Source of the DNA: Candidatus Eiseniibacteriota bacterium
GTDB lineage: Bacteria; Eisenbacteria; RBG-16-71-46; SZUA-252
Direction of reading: 5' to 3'
Assembly: GCA_963703225.1 (NCBI GenBank)
Contig: OY969801.1
Span: 1,888,001-1,952,000, forward strand
DNA: 64,000 nt
The notes beneath the pieces are model-generated. The model was given only the letters and a program-made list of their open reading frames with translations, was not told the DNA's origin and ran no database searches. Numbering within the stretch: the stretch's first letter is position 1; the number at the start of each line of letters is the position of its first letter. A program made the translations under genes and the position numbers. Below are positions 21,901 to 32,140 of this stretch, piece by piece.

Positions 21901-24624
21901 TCGAGGGCCTGCTCGAGAAGGGCCCGTGGGCCGCATGGAGGCACCGTCCCGGCGGCGTGTTCCTGCTGCGCGGCGACGGCATGCCGGAGGCCGAGCGCAC
22001 CGTTCTGCTTGGCGGCCGCGCGCGCGGTGCTGAGCGGCGAGCGCGGCGAGCTGGCCGACCAGCTCGGCCTGCCCGTACCCCGAGCCGAGCTGGCCGGCAC
22101 GCGCTGGTCGCGCGCCCGATCGCCCGAAGGAACACGCACGAGCGATGCGGGCGCGGAGGTCGAGGCCCCGCCGCTCGCTCTCGCGAACGGGCTCGGCGGA
22201 TTCACCGCCGGCGGGCGCGAGTACGCGATCGTGCTGCAGGGCGATGCCGACACTCCGCAGCCGTGGGTCAACGTGATCGCGAACGAGCGCTTCGGCACCG
22301 TGGTCGGCGCCACCGGCGCGGCTTGGACCTGGGCCGGCAACAGCCGCGAGAACCGCCTGACGCCGTTCGGCAACGACGCGGTGAGCGAGTTCAGCGGCGA
22401 GGCCGTCTACCTGCGCGACGAGGATCGCGCGCGAGGTATGGGGCGCCACCCCGGGTCCGCTGCCGAACGCTCGCCCAAGGGCGGCCGCTGGGTCACCCGG
22501 CACGGCGCGGGAGTCACGCGCTACGCCCACCGCGAGCACGGCATCACCTGCGAGCTGGCGGTCTTCGTGCACGCCGATGAGCCGATCAAGTTCTCCCTGG
22601 TTTCGCTCACCAACCACGCCGCGCGCCCACGACGTCTGAGCGTCTTCGCCTACAACGAGTGGGCGCTCTGCCCGCCGCGCGCCGGCGAGCAACGCTTCGT
22701 CGTCACCGAGCAGGACGCGGAGACCGGCGCGGTGCTGGCGCGAAACCCCTACAACGCGGAGTTTCCCGGGCCGCGTGGCGTTCGTCGCACGCAAGCCAAA
22801 CGCCCGCCTCGGCGACCGGCGACCGGCTCGAGTTCCTGGGACGGAACGGCTCGCTGCGGCGGCCGGCGGCGCTGGCGCGCGAGTCGCCCTCGGGCAGCGC
22901 TTCGGCGCCGGCCTCGACCCGTGCGCCGCGCTTCAGATCCGCGTCGATCTCGAGCCCGGCGAGACCAAGGAGGTCGTGGTGCTGCTGGGCCAGGGCGACG
23001 ACCGCGCGCACGCGCTGGCGCTGGCGGGCCGCTTCGGCAGCGTCCCGGCCGCGCGCTCCGCGCTGGAACAGGTCGAGCAGCGCTGGGACACGATGCTCGG
23101 CGCCGTGCAGGTCGAGACGCCGGATGATTCGTTCGACCTGATCATGAACCGCTGGCTGCTCTACCAGGCGGTGAGCTCGCGGCTGTGGGGCCGCACCGGC
23201 TTCTTCCAGCCGGGCGGCGCGTACGGCTTCCGCGACCAGCTCCAGGACGTCATGGCGCTCGGCTTCGCGCGGCCGGACCTCTACCGCGAGCATCTGCTGC
23301 GCTGCGCCGGCCGCCAGTTCAGTCGAGGGGGACGTGCAGCACTGGTGGCACGAGCACAGCGGCCGCGGCGTGCGCACCCGCTGCTCCGACGACTTGCTGT
23401 GGCTTCCGTACGCGGTGGCCCACTACGTGAAGATGCACCGGCGACCACGCGGTGCTCGACGTGCCCGTTCCCTTCTTGGAATCTCCCGCGCTCCAACCCG
23501 GCGAGCTGGAGGCCTACGGCCAGCCGATAGCGACGGGCCAGAGCGGGACGCTGTACGAGCACTGCATCCGCGCCATCGAGCGCCGGCTCCCGGTCGGCGC
23601 GCACGGACTGCCCCTGATCGGCACCGGCGACTGGAATGACGGCATGAACCGCGTCGGGCACCAGGGACGCGGCGAGAGCGTGTGGCTCGGATGGTTCCTG
23701 TCGAAGATCCTGCATGACTTCGCCGCGCTGGTGAGAGCACGCGGCGACTCGGAGCGCGCCTCCCGCTGGACGGGAGAGCGCGAGCGGATGGCGACGATGC
23801 TCGAGCAGGCGTGGGACGGCGACTGGTATCGCCGTGCCTACTTCGACGACGGCACGCCGCTCGGCTCGGCACAAGCCCAGGAGTGCCGGATCGACGCGAT
23901 CTCGCAGAGCTGGGCCGTGCTATCGGGCGTGGCGCCGCGGCGCCGGGCCGAGCGCGCCATGGACGCGGTTCGCATGCAGCTGGTGCGGCGCGACGCCGGC
24001 GTGATTCAGCTGCTCGCGCCGCCGTTCGACCAGTCGCCGCTCGACCCCGGGTACATCAAGGGCTACGTGCCGGGCGTGCGCGAGAACGGCGGTCAGTACA
24101 CCCACGCCGCGCTCTGGACGGTGATGGCGATCGCGCACCTGGGCAGCGGCGACGAGGCGGTCGAGCTATTCCACATGCTGAATCCGATCAACCACACGCG
24201 CTCCCCGGCCGACGTCGAGCGCTACCAGGTCGAGCCCTACGTGGTGGCGGCCGATGTCTACACGCACCCGGCGCACATCGGCCGCGGCGGCTGGACGTGG
24301 TACACCGGCTCCGCGGCCTGGATGTACCGCCTCGGTCTCGAATCGATCCTCGGACTCAGGCGCCGGGGCCAACGCTTTTCCATCGCTCCCTGCGTTCCCG
24401 GGACGTGGAATGGCTTTGTGGTTCGGTGGCGCCATGGGCGAACCCTCTACGAGATCACCGTGGAGAATCCCGGTCGCAGAAACCGCGGCGTCGCTGAGGC
24501 GGTGCTGGACGGGGTTCGCGTCGATGCCCGCGCGATCCCGCTGGTCGATGACGGCGCGGAGCATCGACTACGAGTCGTCATGGGCGAGCGCGCTGTCGAG
24601 GCCGCTCCGACGCCCGCGGTATAG
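15980..24624 (+). pseudogene. ndvB: Cyclic beta-1,2-glucan synthase (Cgs/NdvB/ChvB; GT84 + GH94 phosphorylase), many frameshifts
   Basis: [83 protein letters not shown] spread over more than 15 frame changes. Confidence 0.9.
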
Positions 24625-24744
24625 AGCACCGGTCCATCGGGTTACAGGCGGGAAATCAGAGGGCCGCGGGCTGGAACGCGAATTGACTATCATTCCTCCT
24701 TGGAATGGCGCATATTGCGTTTGTCTTCGGTTGCCTGTGGATGT

Positions 24745-24884
24745 GCCGCCCGCGTTCAGATTCCGCCAGAGATCCCTCTGGCGGTTTTTTGTTGGGCGGC
24801 CACCCAGGATCGACCGAGACATCGGTCATAGAGATCGGACGTCGCCGCGGCGTGATACGCGGCAAGAACGGGTCTTCGGACCCG
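24745..24884 (+). promoter_or_regulatory. Structured 5' leader of cold-shock gene, containing an intrinsic-terminator-like hairpin
   Basis: ccgccagag-atcc-ctctggcgg-TTTTTT nested in a gccgccc/gggcggc helix; cgggtc-TTCG-gacccg before RBS. Confidence 0.55.
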
Positions 24885-24903
24885 GAGACAAGAGGAGATT
24901 CAA

Positions 24904-25104
24904 GTGGCTACTGGCACCGTGAAGTGGTTCAACGAGGCAAAGGGTTTTGGCTTCATCACCCAGTCGGGTGGCGAGGACGTGTTCGTCCATTTCTCGGCGA
25001 TCGCCGGCGAGGGCTTCAAGACGCTCGCCGAGGGTGAGGCGCTCGAGTTCGACATTACGCAGGGCCCGAAGGGGCTGCAGGCGGCGAACGTTCGCAAGGC
25101 CTAA
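24904..25104 (+). CDS. cspA: Cold-shock protein
   Basis: [42 protein letters not shown]. Confidence 0.95.
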   Translation: MATGTVKWFNEAKGFGFITQSGGEDVFVHFSAIAGEGFKTLAEGEALEFDITQGPKGLQAANVRKA

Positions 25105-25275
25105 GACGCTCGAAAATCAGCTCGCGCCACGGGGGCGGTGTCCGGAAGGACGCCGCCCCTCGCGTTACTCCACTCCCCCACGAGAGCCGTATTGTGGTGG
25201 CCTGGCCCGCAAGTGCGCGAGGATAGCCGTTGCGGGCGACCATTTCCTTCGCCATAGCGGAAGGGCGGTCCCGCG

Positions 25276-25809
25276 ATGAAACCAAACAAACACAAATTCC
25301 GTCTCCGCATCCCGGAGTGCGACATCCCGGAGTGGGCCGCCCGCTTCTCGTACGACGCCAGCGACGACGATCTCCTCGGCCGCATTCGCCCGCTCGTTCT
25401 CGTTCGCGGCCACCTCACCCGGCCCGAGTTTCTCGAGATCTGCGCATGGAAGTCCGTCCGCACCAAGCCCCGCTGTCGGAAGAACCGCGCGCACAAGATC
25501 GAGACCGTCACCCGCAAGGCCCTCGCCACCTCCGACGAGGCGCTGAAGATCGGCCTCCTCCGGCTCCTCGACGGCGTCGAGTGGCCCACAGCTTCCACCA
25601 TCCTCCACTTCTGCGACGTGCGGCCCTACCCCATCCTCGACTACCGGGCGCTCTGGTCGCTCGGATGCGCCAAGCCGCCCAAGTACACGATGGATTTCTG
25701 GCTGGCATACCTGGAGTTCACTCGGGGGCTCGCCGCCAGGCTCAAGCTCCCGATCCGGACCCTGGACAAGGCGCTTTGGCAGTATTCGAAGGAGAGGCAG
25801 AGACGTTAG
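25276..25809 (+). CDS. Hypothetical protein with helix-hairpin-helix DNA-glycosylase-like motif
   Basis: CAWKSVR, LRLLDGVEWPTASTILHF, YPILDYRA, RTLDKALW. Confidence 0.6.
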   Translation: MKPNKHKFRLRIPECDIPEWAARFSYDASDDDLLGRIRPLVLVRGHLTRPEFLEICAWKSVRTKPRCRKNRAHKIETVTRKALATSDEALKIGLLRLLDGVEWPTASTILHFCDVRPYPILDYRALWSLGCAKPPKYTMDFWLAYLEFTRGLAARLKLPIRTLDKALWQYSKERQRR

Positions 25810-25858
25810 AGGACGCGGCGATCATGGCGGCACAGAGGAAGACCCGAGGCGTGTAAGT

Positions 25859-25903
25859 TGGAGGCGGCACCCGGATTTGAACCGGGGAATAACGGTTTTG
25901 CAG
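25859..25903 (-). tRNA. tRNA-Cys(GCA) 3' half only (att site of integrated element)
   Basis: Minus strand CTGCAAA ACCGT TATTC CCCGG TTCAAAT CCGGG TGCCGCC T CCA; sequence before CTGCAAA (GAAGCA) is not tRNA. Confidence 0.92.
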
Positions 25904-26058
25904 TGCTTCCGCCCCTGTATCTACTAGTCTCTATCAGTGTAGAAGCACTTTCAACTGGGCCTTTAGGAGAATGGTGAAACTATCCATTCTATTCAGGTTG
26001 CATCGAATAGATTCACCACGCTATTAGGGGCTTGGTGAATCTATTCCCCTCCTAGTTT

Positions 26059-26090
26059 CGGCACCGACCCAGCACAGTTACCGGCACAGA
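26059..26090. repeat. Putative integrase arm-type sites C[AG]GCAC[AC]G x3, also present at 35399-35418
   Basis: cagcacagttaccggcacag vs cagcacagttacaggcacag; both preceded by a gattcacc..ggtgaat hairpin. Confidence 0.75.
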
Positions 26091-26344
26091 CGTATATGCG
26101 TTCCCGATGACCGTAAGGTCGTATTTCTGTACGATGTCGTCGTGATTGATCCTGTAAAGGTGACCATCGTTATGGAGAGGCGCGAATACGCGGCCTTCAA
26201 GGCAGAGGCTAGAGAGGTTTACGGGCTGACGGTGGGAACATTCCAGTCGGCGCTTTGGCAGAGTTACAAACGTCGTGGCGAGCCTCTGGAGCTAGTTCTG
26301 CCGCCCCGGAAGGTAAAGTAGTCCCATGCAAGAGGAGGCGCCCT

Positions 26345-26626
26345 ATGGGAAAGGATGTGACCGTGCAGCTGACCGGCGTTGAGGCCCGCACGGCGGTCGG
26401 GCGAATAACAGCATCCGCGAAGCAGGTAGTCAGGTACTTGAAGAACAATCCGTTACTCCTGGCTGTTTTGGTTCTGCTTACTCTCGGTCCCCCTTTCCTT
26501 TTTCCCCTTCTGCCACTGCCATACTGGAAAAGCGTCGTCGTTGGCATTCTGTTCAACGTCGTGATGGATGTAATTGGGTTCTACGCAATCACTCGCGTGC
26601 ATGTTGAGACGATCACGTTGAGTTAG
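26345..26626 (+). CDS. Small 2-TM membrane protein (element cargo)
   Basis: RBS AGGAGG; 93 aa with LLLAVLVLLTLGPPFLFPLL and SVVVGILFNVVMDVIGFYAI. Confidence 0.65.
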   Translation: MGKDVTVQLTGVEARTAVGRITASAKQVVRYLKNNPLLLAVLVLLTLGPPFLFPLLPLPYWKSVVVGILFNVVMDVIGFYAITRVHVETITLS

Positions 26627-26701
26627 GCTTCGTTTGCCCCGGAAGGCAAAGCAGAGCCCCTAGCGCCGACTTCTCACTAGGGGCCGTAGTCCGCTTCGTC
26701 T

Positions 26702-27832
26702 CTACTGCTCTTCGTTCGCCCTAGACCCTCCCGCTCGCCTCTGCGAGTAGTTCCGGATCGCGTTCTGCAGATCCCGCTCGTCGGTGATGTTGTACCGGTC
26801 GAAGATGCTCCGGGTCCGGTGTCCGAGTAGTTCCTGGGCCAGCTTCTGATTGGTCCCAGTGCGGATCAGGTTCCTGGCGACGTAGCGCCTTAGATCGTGG
26901 GCGGTGATGTGGGCGCATTGGGCGCGTTCTGCAGCCCGGCGGAACTCCCTCGAACTCCAGTGAAGCTCATTGGGCTTCGCGGCCCCGTCCGACCCCTCGG
27001 ACCAGAAGACCCACGGCGTGATCGTCGCGTGCTCATGGTCAAAGGCTTGGGTGGCAACCCTACGCTCCGCGATCACTGCCTTTAGCTCGGGGTCCTCGGC
27101 GTAGTGGTAGATGCGGACGTCCTTGCCCTTCGTTTGGTAGGACTCCAGGCGCAGCGTCCCACTCTTCAGATCGACGTTTCCCCACTGGAGCCCTATTGCC
27201 TCTCCGAGCCGCCACCCTGTAATCGACAGGAACCGGACGACCCCCTTCAATGGCTCCGGCACCTCCCCGATGATCCGCTCGACCTCTTCGGGCTCAGGGA
27301 ATCCGGTCCGGGCGCTAGCCTCTTCCAAGAATTCGAAACTCGGCACGTCCTCAGCACTCACCCGCCGGGGCTTGGCTCTGAGTCCGAGGTTGAATCCACG
27401 GCGGAGTGCCGATAGCTCCCGATTGATGGTCGCGGGTGCGGCCCCTTCCTCACGCCTCTTTGCCTTGTAGCCGCCGAGTTTCTCCGCGACCCGCTCGGCT
27501 GGCGTGTCCGCTCCAATGATCCGCTTCAAGTGCCCATGCAGGCAGAGGAGCCGGTTCATGGTTCGCCGTTCCTTGTCCTCGTAGCTCTCCACGTTCAAGG
27601 CCAGGAGATCGGAGAGCTTGGTCCGGCGTGCAGCCGGGGCAAAGGTCCCGGTCTGAATTTCAGAGATCCGTTTCTTGAGGAGGTCCCGGGCTACCGACTT
27701 AATCCGCGACCCGCTCGACTCCCGGTATTCCTCTCCCCGGTAGTAGTAGCGCGTGTACCACATGCCGCCGCGCTCATAGAGCCCGCCCATACCCCGCACC
27801 CTCTTCTTGGCCTTCTTTTCGGTCTCACTCAT
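26702..27832 (-). CDS. int: Tyrosine recombinase/integrase
   Basis: TGWRLGE (R), TKGK (K), HDLRR, LLGH, FDRY; N-terminal arm-binding-like GMGGLYERGGMWYTRYY; intact. Confidence 0.95.
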   Translation of the reverse strand: MSETEKKAKKRVRGMGGLYERGGMWYTRYYYRGEEYRESSGSRIKSVARDLLKKRISEIQTGTFAPAARRTKLSDLLALNVESYEDKERRTMNRLLCLHGHLKRIIGADTPAERVAEKLGGYKAKRREEGAAPATINRELSALRRGFNLGLRAKPRRVSAEDVPSFEFLEEASARTGFPEPEEVERIIGEVPEPLKGVVRFLSITGWRLGEAIGLQWGNVDLKSGTLRLESYQTKGKDVRIYHYAEDPELKAVIAERRVATQAFDHEHATITPWVFWSEGSDGAAKPNELHWSSREFRRAAERAQCAHITAHDLRRYVARNLIRTGTNQKLAQELLGHRTRSIFDRYNITDERDLQNAIRNYSQRRAGGSRANEEQ

Positions 27833-28046
27833 GGCTTCCACCTTCCAGGTATCGCAGCAACGCACGGCGAATCAGGCTCGTCACCGTTCTGTCCTCAGCT
27901 TTCGCCATCGCCCGTACGTCCTTCCACAGAGCCCCGGGGAGAGTTGTATGCAGGTGATGGAGGATAATGTCCCCAGCTTGATCGCGATCGACTAGAGCAA
28001 CCGCCTCCGGCATTCGCTTCGGCCCTTGCTTTCCCTTTCGTTTCAT
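27825..28046 (-). CDS. Ribbon-helix-helix regulator
   Basis: TTLPGALWKDVRAMAKAEDRTVTSLIRRALLRYL; RBS GGGAGGGG; overlaps int start. Confidence 0.7.
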   Translation of the reverse strand: MKRKGKQGPKRMPEAVALVDRDQAGDIILHHLHTTLPGALWKDVRAMAKAEDRTVTSLIRRALLRYLEGGSHE

Positions 28047-28067
28047 TTGACTCCCCTCCCTTGTTAG

Positions 28068-28108
28068 CTGATGTACATCAGTGTACATCACTGAACATCT
28101 GGTGTCAA
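28068..28108 (-). promoter_or_regulatory. sigma70 promoter TTGACA-N17-TACACT overlapped by operator repeats
   Basis: -35 at 28108-28103, -10 at 28085-28080; palindrome CTGATGTACATCAG and three 10-bp-phased TG[TA]ACATC. Confidence 0.75.
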
Positions 28109-28300
28109 GGGCGAATTCGAGGTGATGATCCTCTCGATTTCCTCTCGTCGGAAGAGCAACTCTCGTCCGAACCTCACGGCTGCCGGTGCGAGTTTGCCCC
28201 CGGGCTGGGAGTGCCTGTAGACGTACCGCAGATCGCCGTCATGCCGGAAGAGCGCCGCGACCTCGCGCGGGGTCAGGAAGAGCCTATCCTTGAGATTCAT
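28088..28300 (-). CDS. Excisionase/AlpA-like HTH protein
   Basis: FLTPREVAALF..YVYRH..AVRFGRELLFRREEIE; RBS GGAGGT. Confidence 0.75.
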   Translation of the reverse strand: MNLKDRLFLTPREVAALFRHDGDLRYVYRHSQPGGKLAPAAVRFGRELLFRREEIERIITSNSPLTPDVQ

Positions 28301-29807
28301 GGGTCACCTCCTCGAACACAGCCGGATTGACGTCATAGATCGGCGTGGGCGGATGCCCTGGGCCACTCTGGGGCTCCGACTCTTCCGCGAGGATGTAGTG
28401 GTGGTCGGCCAGGAGCCCGAGGGGCGGATCCCAGTCGTCCGGCCTCTCGACCTGTCGCCGCAGATCGCGGTGTAGATCGGCCCGAGAGAACCGGGTCATC
28501 CGGTGCCTCTTGATCCATCCCAGCACGTCTTGAGCGAGTTCGGCCCTGGAGTCCGATCCCATCATGTGATAGGCGGCAATCGCATGCGGGATGAGGTACT
28601 GCTCCATGATCGCCCACGCCTTGAGGGCCGACCCGGCGGAGATCGGTATCTCCCACGGTCGGGGATTCTCCCCGTGTTCCATGAGGTGGAGGATTCCGCA
28701 GAGGCGACCCATTCCCCCGGCCGCGCGCGACCCCCAATCGGTCATGTGGCAAAGCTCTCCCTCCGGCTGCATCCTCGATTGCACCGAGCGATGGAGGGCC
28801 ACCCAGTGGTCCTCGGCCTTGTCCGCGAATCGGAGCACATAAGGCTCGACCGGGATCGGCACATCGAGAAGGGCTCGCAAGACGGTCCGACGACGCAAAC
28901 GAACGCCGTCATCAATCGCGGGAGACTCCGGCTTCAGGAATCCGACCCTGCTATGCGGCACAGAACACCAGAACCGGGCGATCACGCCGCGACCACGGAA
29001 GCCCTCGCGCTTCGCCAGACCTCGGAGAACCTCCGGCTGCGTCGTGAGGGCCATACCGATGTGAGGCTTGGGGACGTGCTTCGCCTCGCGCCCGATGCGG
29101 TCCACTAGGTGATCGTCTCCGGAGTAACCCTTCAAGTAGAGGTCGAGGTTGGGGGCTCGATCACGGCTGTACCGGCCCGACATCAGGTCAAACGTGCTGC
29201 CGCCCTCGGGCGACGTAATCAGGATCCGCCCACCCTGGGCAGCTAGGACGTCCGCGAGCTTCTCCACTGAGATGTCGTCCACAGAGAGCCGAGGGGCGAC
29301 GACAGGGGCTTGGTGGAGATTCGATACCTCGCGCGCGAGCGCCTTCACATCCTGGGCCTCTTTGCTGGTCCAGTCGCCGCCGGTCTTCGCAAGATGCTCC
29401 TGGCCCTGACGAGCGCCTTCTCCATGCTCTTCACCCGGGAGCGGTACTCCCATACCTCATATCTCATCGCCTTGGCCCGCTCCGCTTCCCACTCGCGGAC
29501 CGGCTCCAACGCCACCTGGTAGGTGGAACTCTTGCGATCACCCGTTGGAAGGCTCACCAGCACCCAGGGATCGAAGGGTTCGCGGTGCCCGCCCGGGAGA
29601 CGGACATTGAATTTCTTGGCCCCGGCCGCTCCCACAAGGGCGAGGTCGAGCATTGCAGTCAGATCAACCGGGACCTGGACGGATTCCGCGCACTGCTTCG
29701 CCCACTCGCAGAATGGCGTAGGCAGAGCCTCAGGGATGAACTCGGGACCGTGAACCCGATCCAATGGAATGACGGGCTCCCGATCCGTCGAACATGGAAG
29801 GCGTCAT
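28284..29807 (-). pseudogene. DUF3987/YfjI-family P-loop protein, frameshifted
   Basis: WAKQCAESVQVPVDL, PTGDRKSST, DDISVEKL, SPEG, LYLKGYSGD..DRIGR, GVIARF; frame changes near 29780 and 29400. Confidence 0.8.
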
Positions 29808-30028
29808 TTGGCGCCTCCGAGATCAGAGGGTCGCCACGGCGACGTTGACATCTCGCGCTCTTCGGCGACAACGGAGACGACGCCTGGAGGGGATTCGGCT
29901 AGGAGCTTGTGGACGAACTCTTCAGCGAGGGCGCGGTGCTTGAAGAGCCGTACGGCGGTGGGTTTGTTCGTTAACCAGCGGGAGTCCCGCCAGCTTATTC
30001 TCAACTGCGTGCGCGAAGTGATAGCCAT
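29804..30028 (-). CDS. Hypothetical protein (74 aa)
   Basis: ATG with AAGGG RBS; ATGA coupling to the DUF3987 gene. Confidence 0.45.
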   Translation of the reverse strand: MAITSRTQLRISWRDSRWLTNKPTAVRLFKHRALAEEFVHKLLAESPPGVVSVVAEEREMSTSPWRPSDLGGAK

Positions 30029-30472
30029 GTAGCCCTTTCACGGCCGTTGTCTTCGGTGATCGAAGTGCGGCCCAGGGTTTCAATGGCTTCGCGCTTCCCG
30101 CGCTTGTGCTCACGCGGTTACTGCTCGCCGATCTACGGGTGGTGCGTCCGCCTCGCGCATAAGTGGCTCACAAGAACGCTCGGCGGGCTGCGCTGACCTA
30201 CTGCCTGTTTCGGATTCGTAGTCTCCGATACGCCTCCTGTCCCGATAGGGTCATGACCATGTTGGGGGACCCCTGCCATGCGGTCTTCATGAGTAGGGGT
30301 TCGCTGTGGGCTCCCCGATCGGCCTTTCGGATGGCGTAGTACTTGCGCCTCTCGGTGCGCGTACTTGCGACCTCGCCGCATGGAGCTTGCGACCGATGAC
30401 TACCAGACGTTCATCCATCAGCCAATTCCCTCTTAGGCTTGGCGGGGTTGACCAAAGCCCTCATAGCCGCCG

Positions 30473-30643
30473 TCAACCGACGCGCCGGTGTCCCCGCCGC
30501 CCGACTACCGATATAGAGCCGGAGCGCCGCGTCATAACCGGACGGGCAGAGCGTGCCCCATTTGGCAACACCCCACGACGCTCAAGCTGGCGAAGCAAAC
30601 TCTCCCCCACTCCAAACTTCGCCGCGACCTTCGCTCGTGTCAT
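30473..30643 (-). CDS. MerR-like HTH small protein (possibly frameshifted)
   Basis: RBS GAGGTG; MTRAKVAAKFGVGESLLRQLERRGVLP. Confidence 0.5.
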   Translation of the reverse strand: MTRAKVAAKFGVGESLLRQLERRGVLPNGARSARPVMTRRSGSISVVGRRGHRRVG

Positions 30644-30824
30644 CTTCACCTCTGCCGAACAACAAAAAAGAGCCGCGCCTGGCGGTGGGAGCAGAGTCCA
30701 CCTTGGCGTAGCCCTTAGCGCGGCTTCCCTACCCAAGTACTGGGATACTGTGTGCCGCGTCCAATCACAGCTCCTATATTGAAGCCAGGACGAGCCTAGA
30801 AGCTAACGAGTTCTCGTCAGGTTG

Positions 30825-31275
30825 TCAAGGAGCCTTGTTTCCAAGCTGGTCCTCTCCGAAGAATGCAGTAACTTCGCCCTGCTTATTCAGACGAACAATG
30901 AAAGGCCGTGGATATTTCTTGAGGAGCCGACCGATTCGAGGCCTTGCCTTAATGAAAGCCTCTGCCATTTGTGGTCCCGTCCAGTCGCCCCTCGTCAGCT
31001 GAAAAACCGCTAAGTTGCAGGCGACAATGGCAGCCTTCTCGGTGCGGTCGGTAACGGGTCCTGTAGTCCTTGCTCAATAGAATGTACCCCTTCTCGCCGA
31101 CCATGGCGAAAAGCTCGGGATCCGAGAGTCCCGTTGGGATGTCTATACCCTGGATGACTACAGAGAACCCGTTCACAGGGAGACCTGCTACACCCTTTCC
31201 GAGAGACTCTTCTACGAAGAAGGTGTAGCCCTCAAGCGGCTTGTCGGGGCTGTTGCTCGCAGCGGAGCGTCTTCA
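30825..31275 (-). pseudogene. VapC45-like PIN toxin, frameshifted
   Basis: Across frames: YTFFVEESLG..SDPELFAMVGEKGYILLSKDYR..GPQMAEAF..RPFIVRL; start approximate. Confidence 0.7.
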
Positions 31276-31952
31276 ATCTCTACCATCGATCGACCATAAT
31301 CCTCAGCTAGCTCTCCGGTCGATTCGCCAGCGGCCCACCGCTCGTACACCACTGAGGAGCAATCCGGGTATTACTGATGACCGGGCGCCCAGCCAGAACA
31401 TAAGGGTCGAGTACGACGAGTTTGGGTGTCTCCGGATCGGTTGAGTCTCGTGAGCGGGGAGTAGCTTCGTTACCCCCTCCGGTCGCGCTCCACCCGCCTC
31501 AAGTACAGTTTGAGGCACTCGCGTATCGCGGACTGCCCGCCTGCAGTGAGGTCGATAGTGTCTCCGCTCCCAAGACGGTCCATGAAGATGTCCACTCCAG
31601 AGGTTGAAGTTCGGACTCAATGAGCGGGTGTCGACTCAGAGGGAAAATATCCCTGAGAAGCTCTATCGCCCGGGCGGATCCGCTGGAGGGGGATGCCATG
31701 CGAGACCCTCAGGGCATTGCATAGGTGGGCTTCGCACACGTTCGTGAACGAGAGGAGGTTCACACTGAGGTCGGGATGTCGATGACCGGCGGAAGGTTTT
31801 GTGCTTCCCATGAGAGAGATAGTCCTGTCCACAGTTCACGCTCGCAGCGTTGAAACGGGGATGTCCAGATACCTGGCAGCTTCCGTAAGACCATAAACAG
31901 GAACGCTGCGCGGGTCCCGGCCACCATAAATGTCATTGGCTGGCTTCAACAT
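31232..31952 (-). pseudogene. DUF433/VapB45-like antitoxin, frameshifted
   Basis: MLKPANDIYGGRDPRSVPVYGLTEAARYLDIPVSTLR; LLSFTNVCEAH; LDPYVLAGRPVI; LAEDY. Confidence 0.7.
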
Positions 31953-32140
31953 TCCTTGGCCCACCCCACCTTGGGTGCACAACCGGCTTAGATCAGATTA
32001 TCGTCAAGCGGCACCCCTAACGCCACCTGGATTTCAATACCCCTAAGGTATTTTGCATGGTCGTCCCAACAACCGCACAGTGGTGCTGTAAATGCACCCA
32101 CCGGCGGCCGTAGAACGCCAAAAGGTTGCTCGCCGGATGC

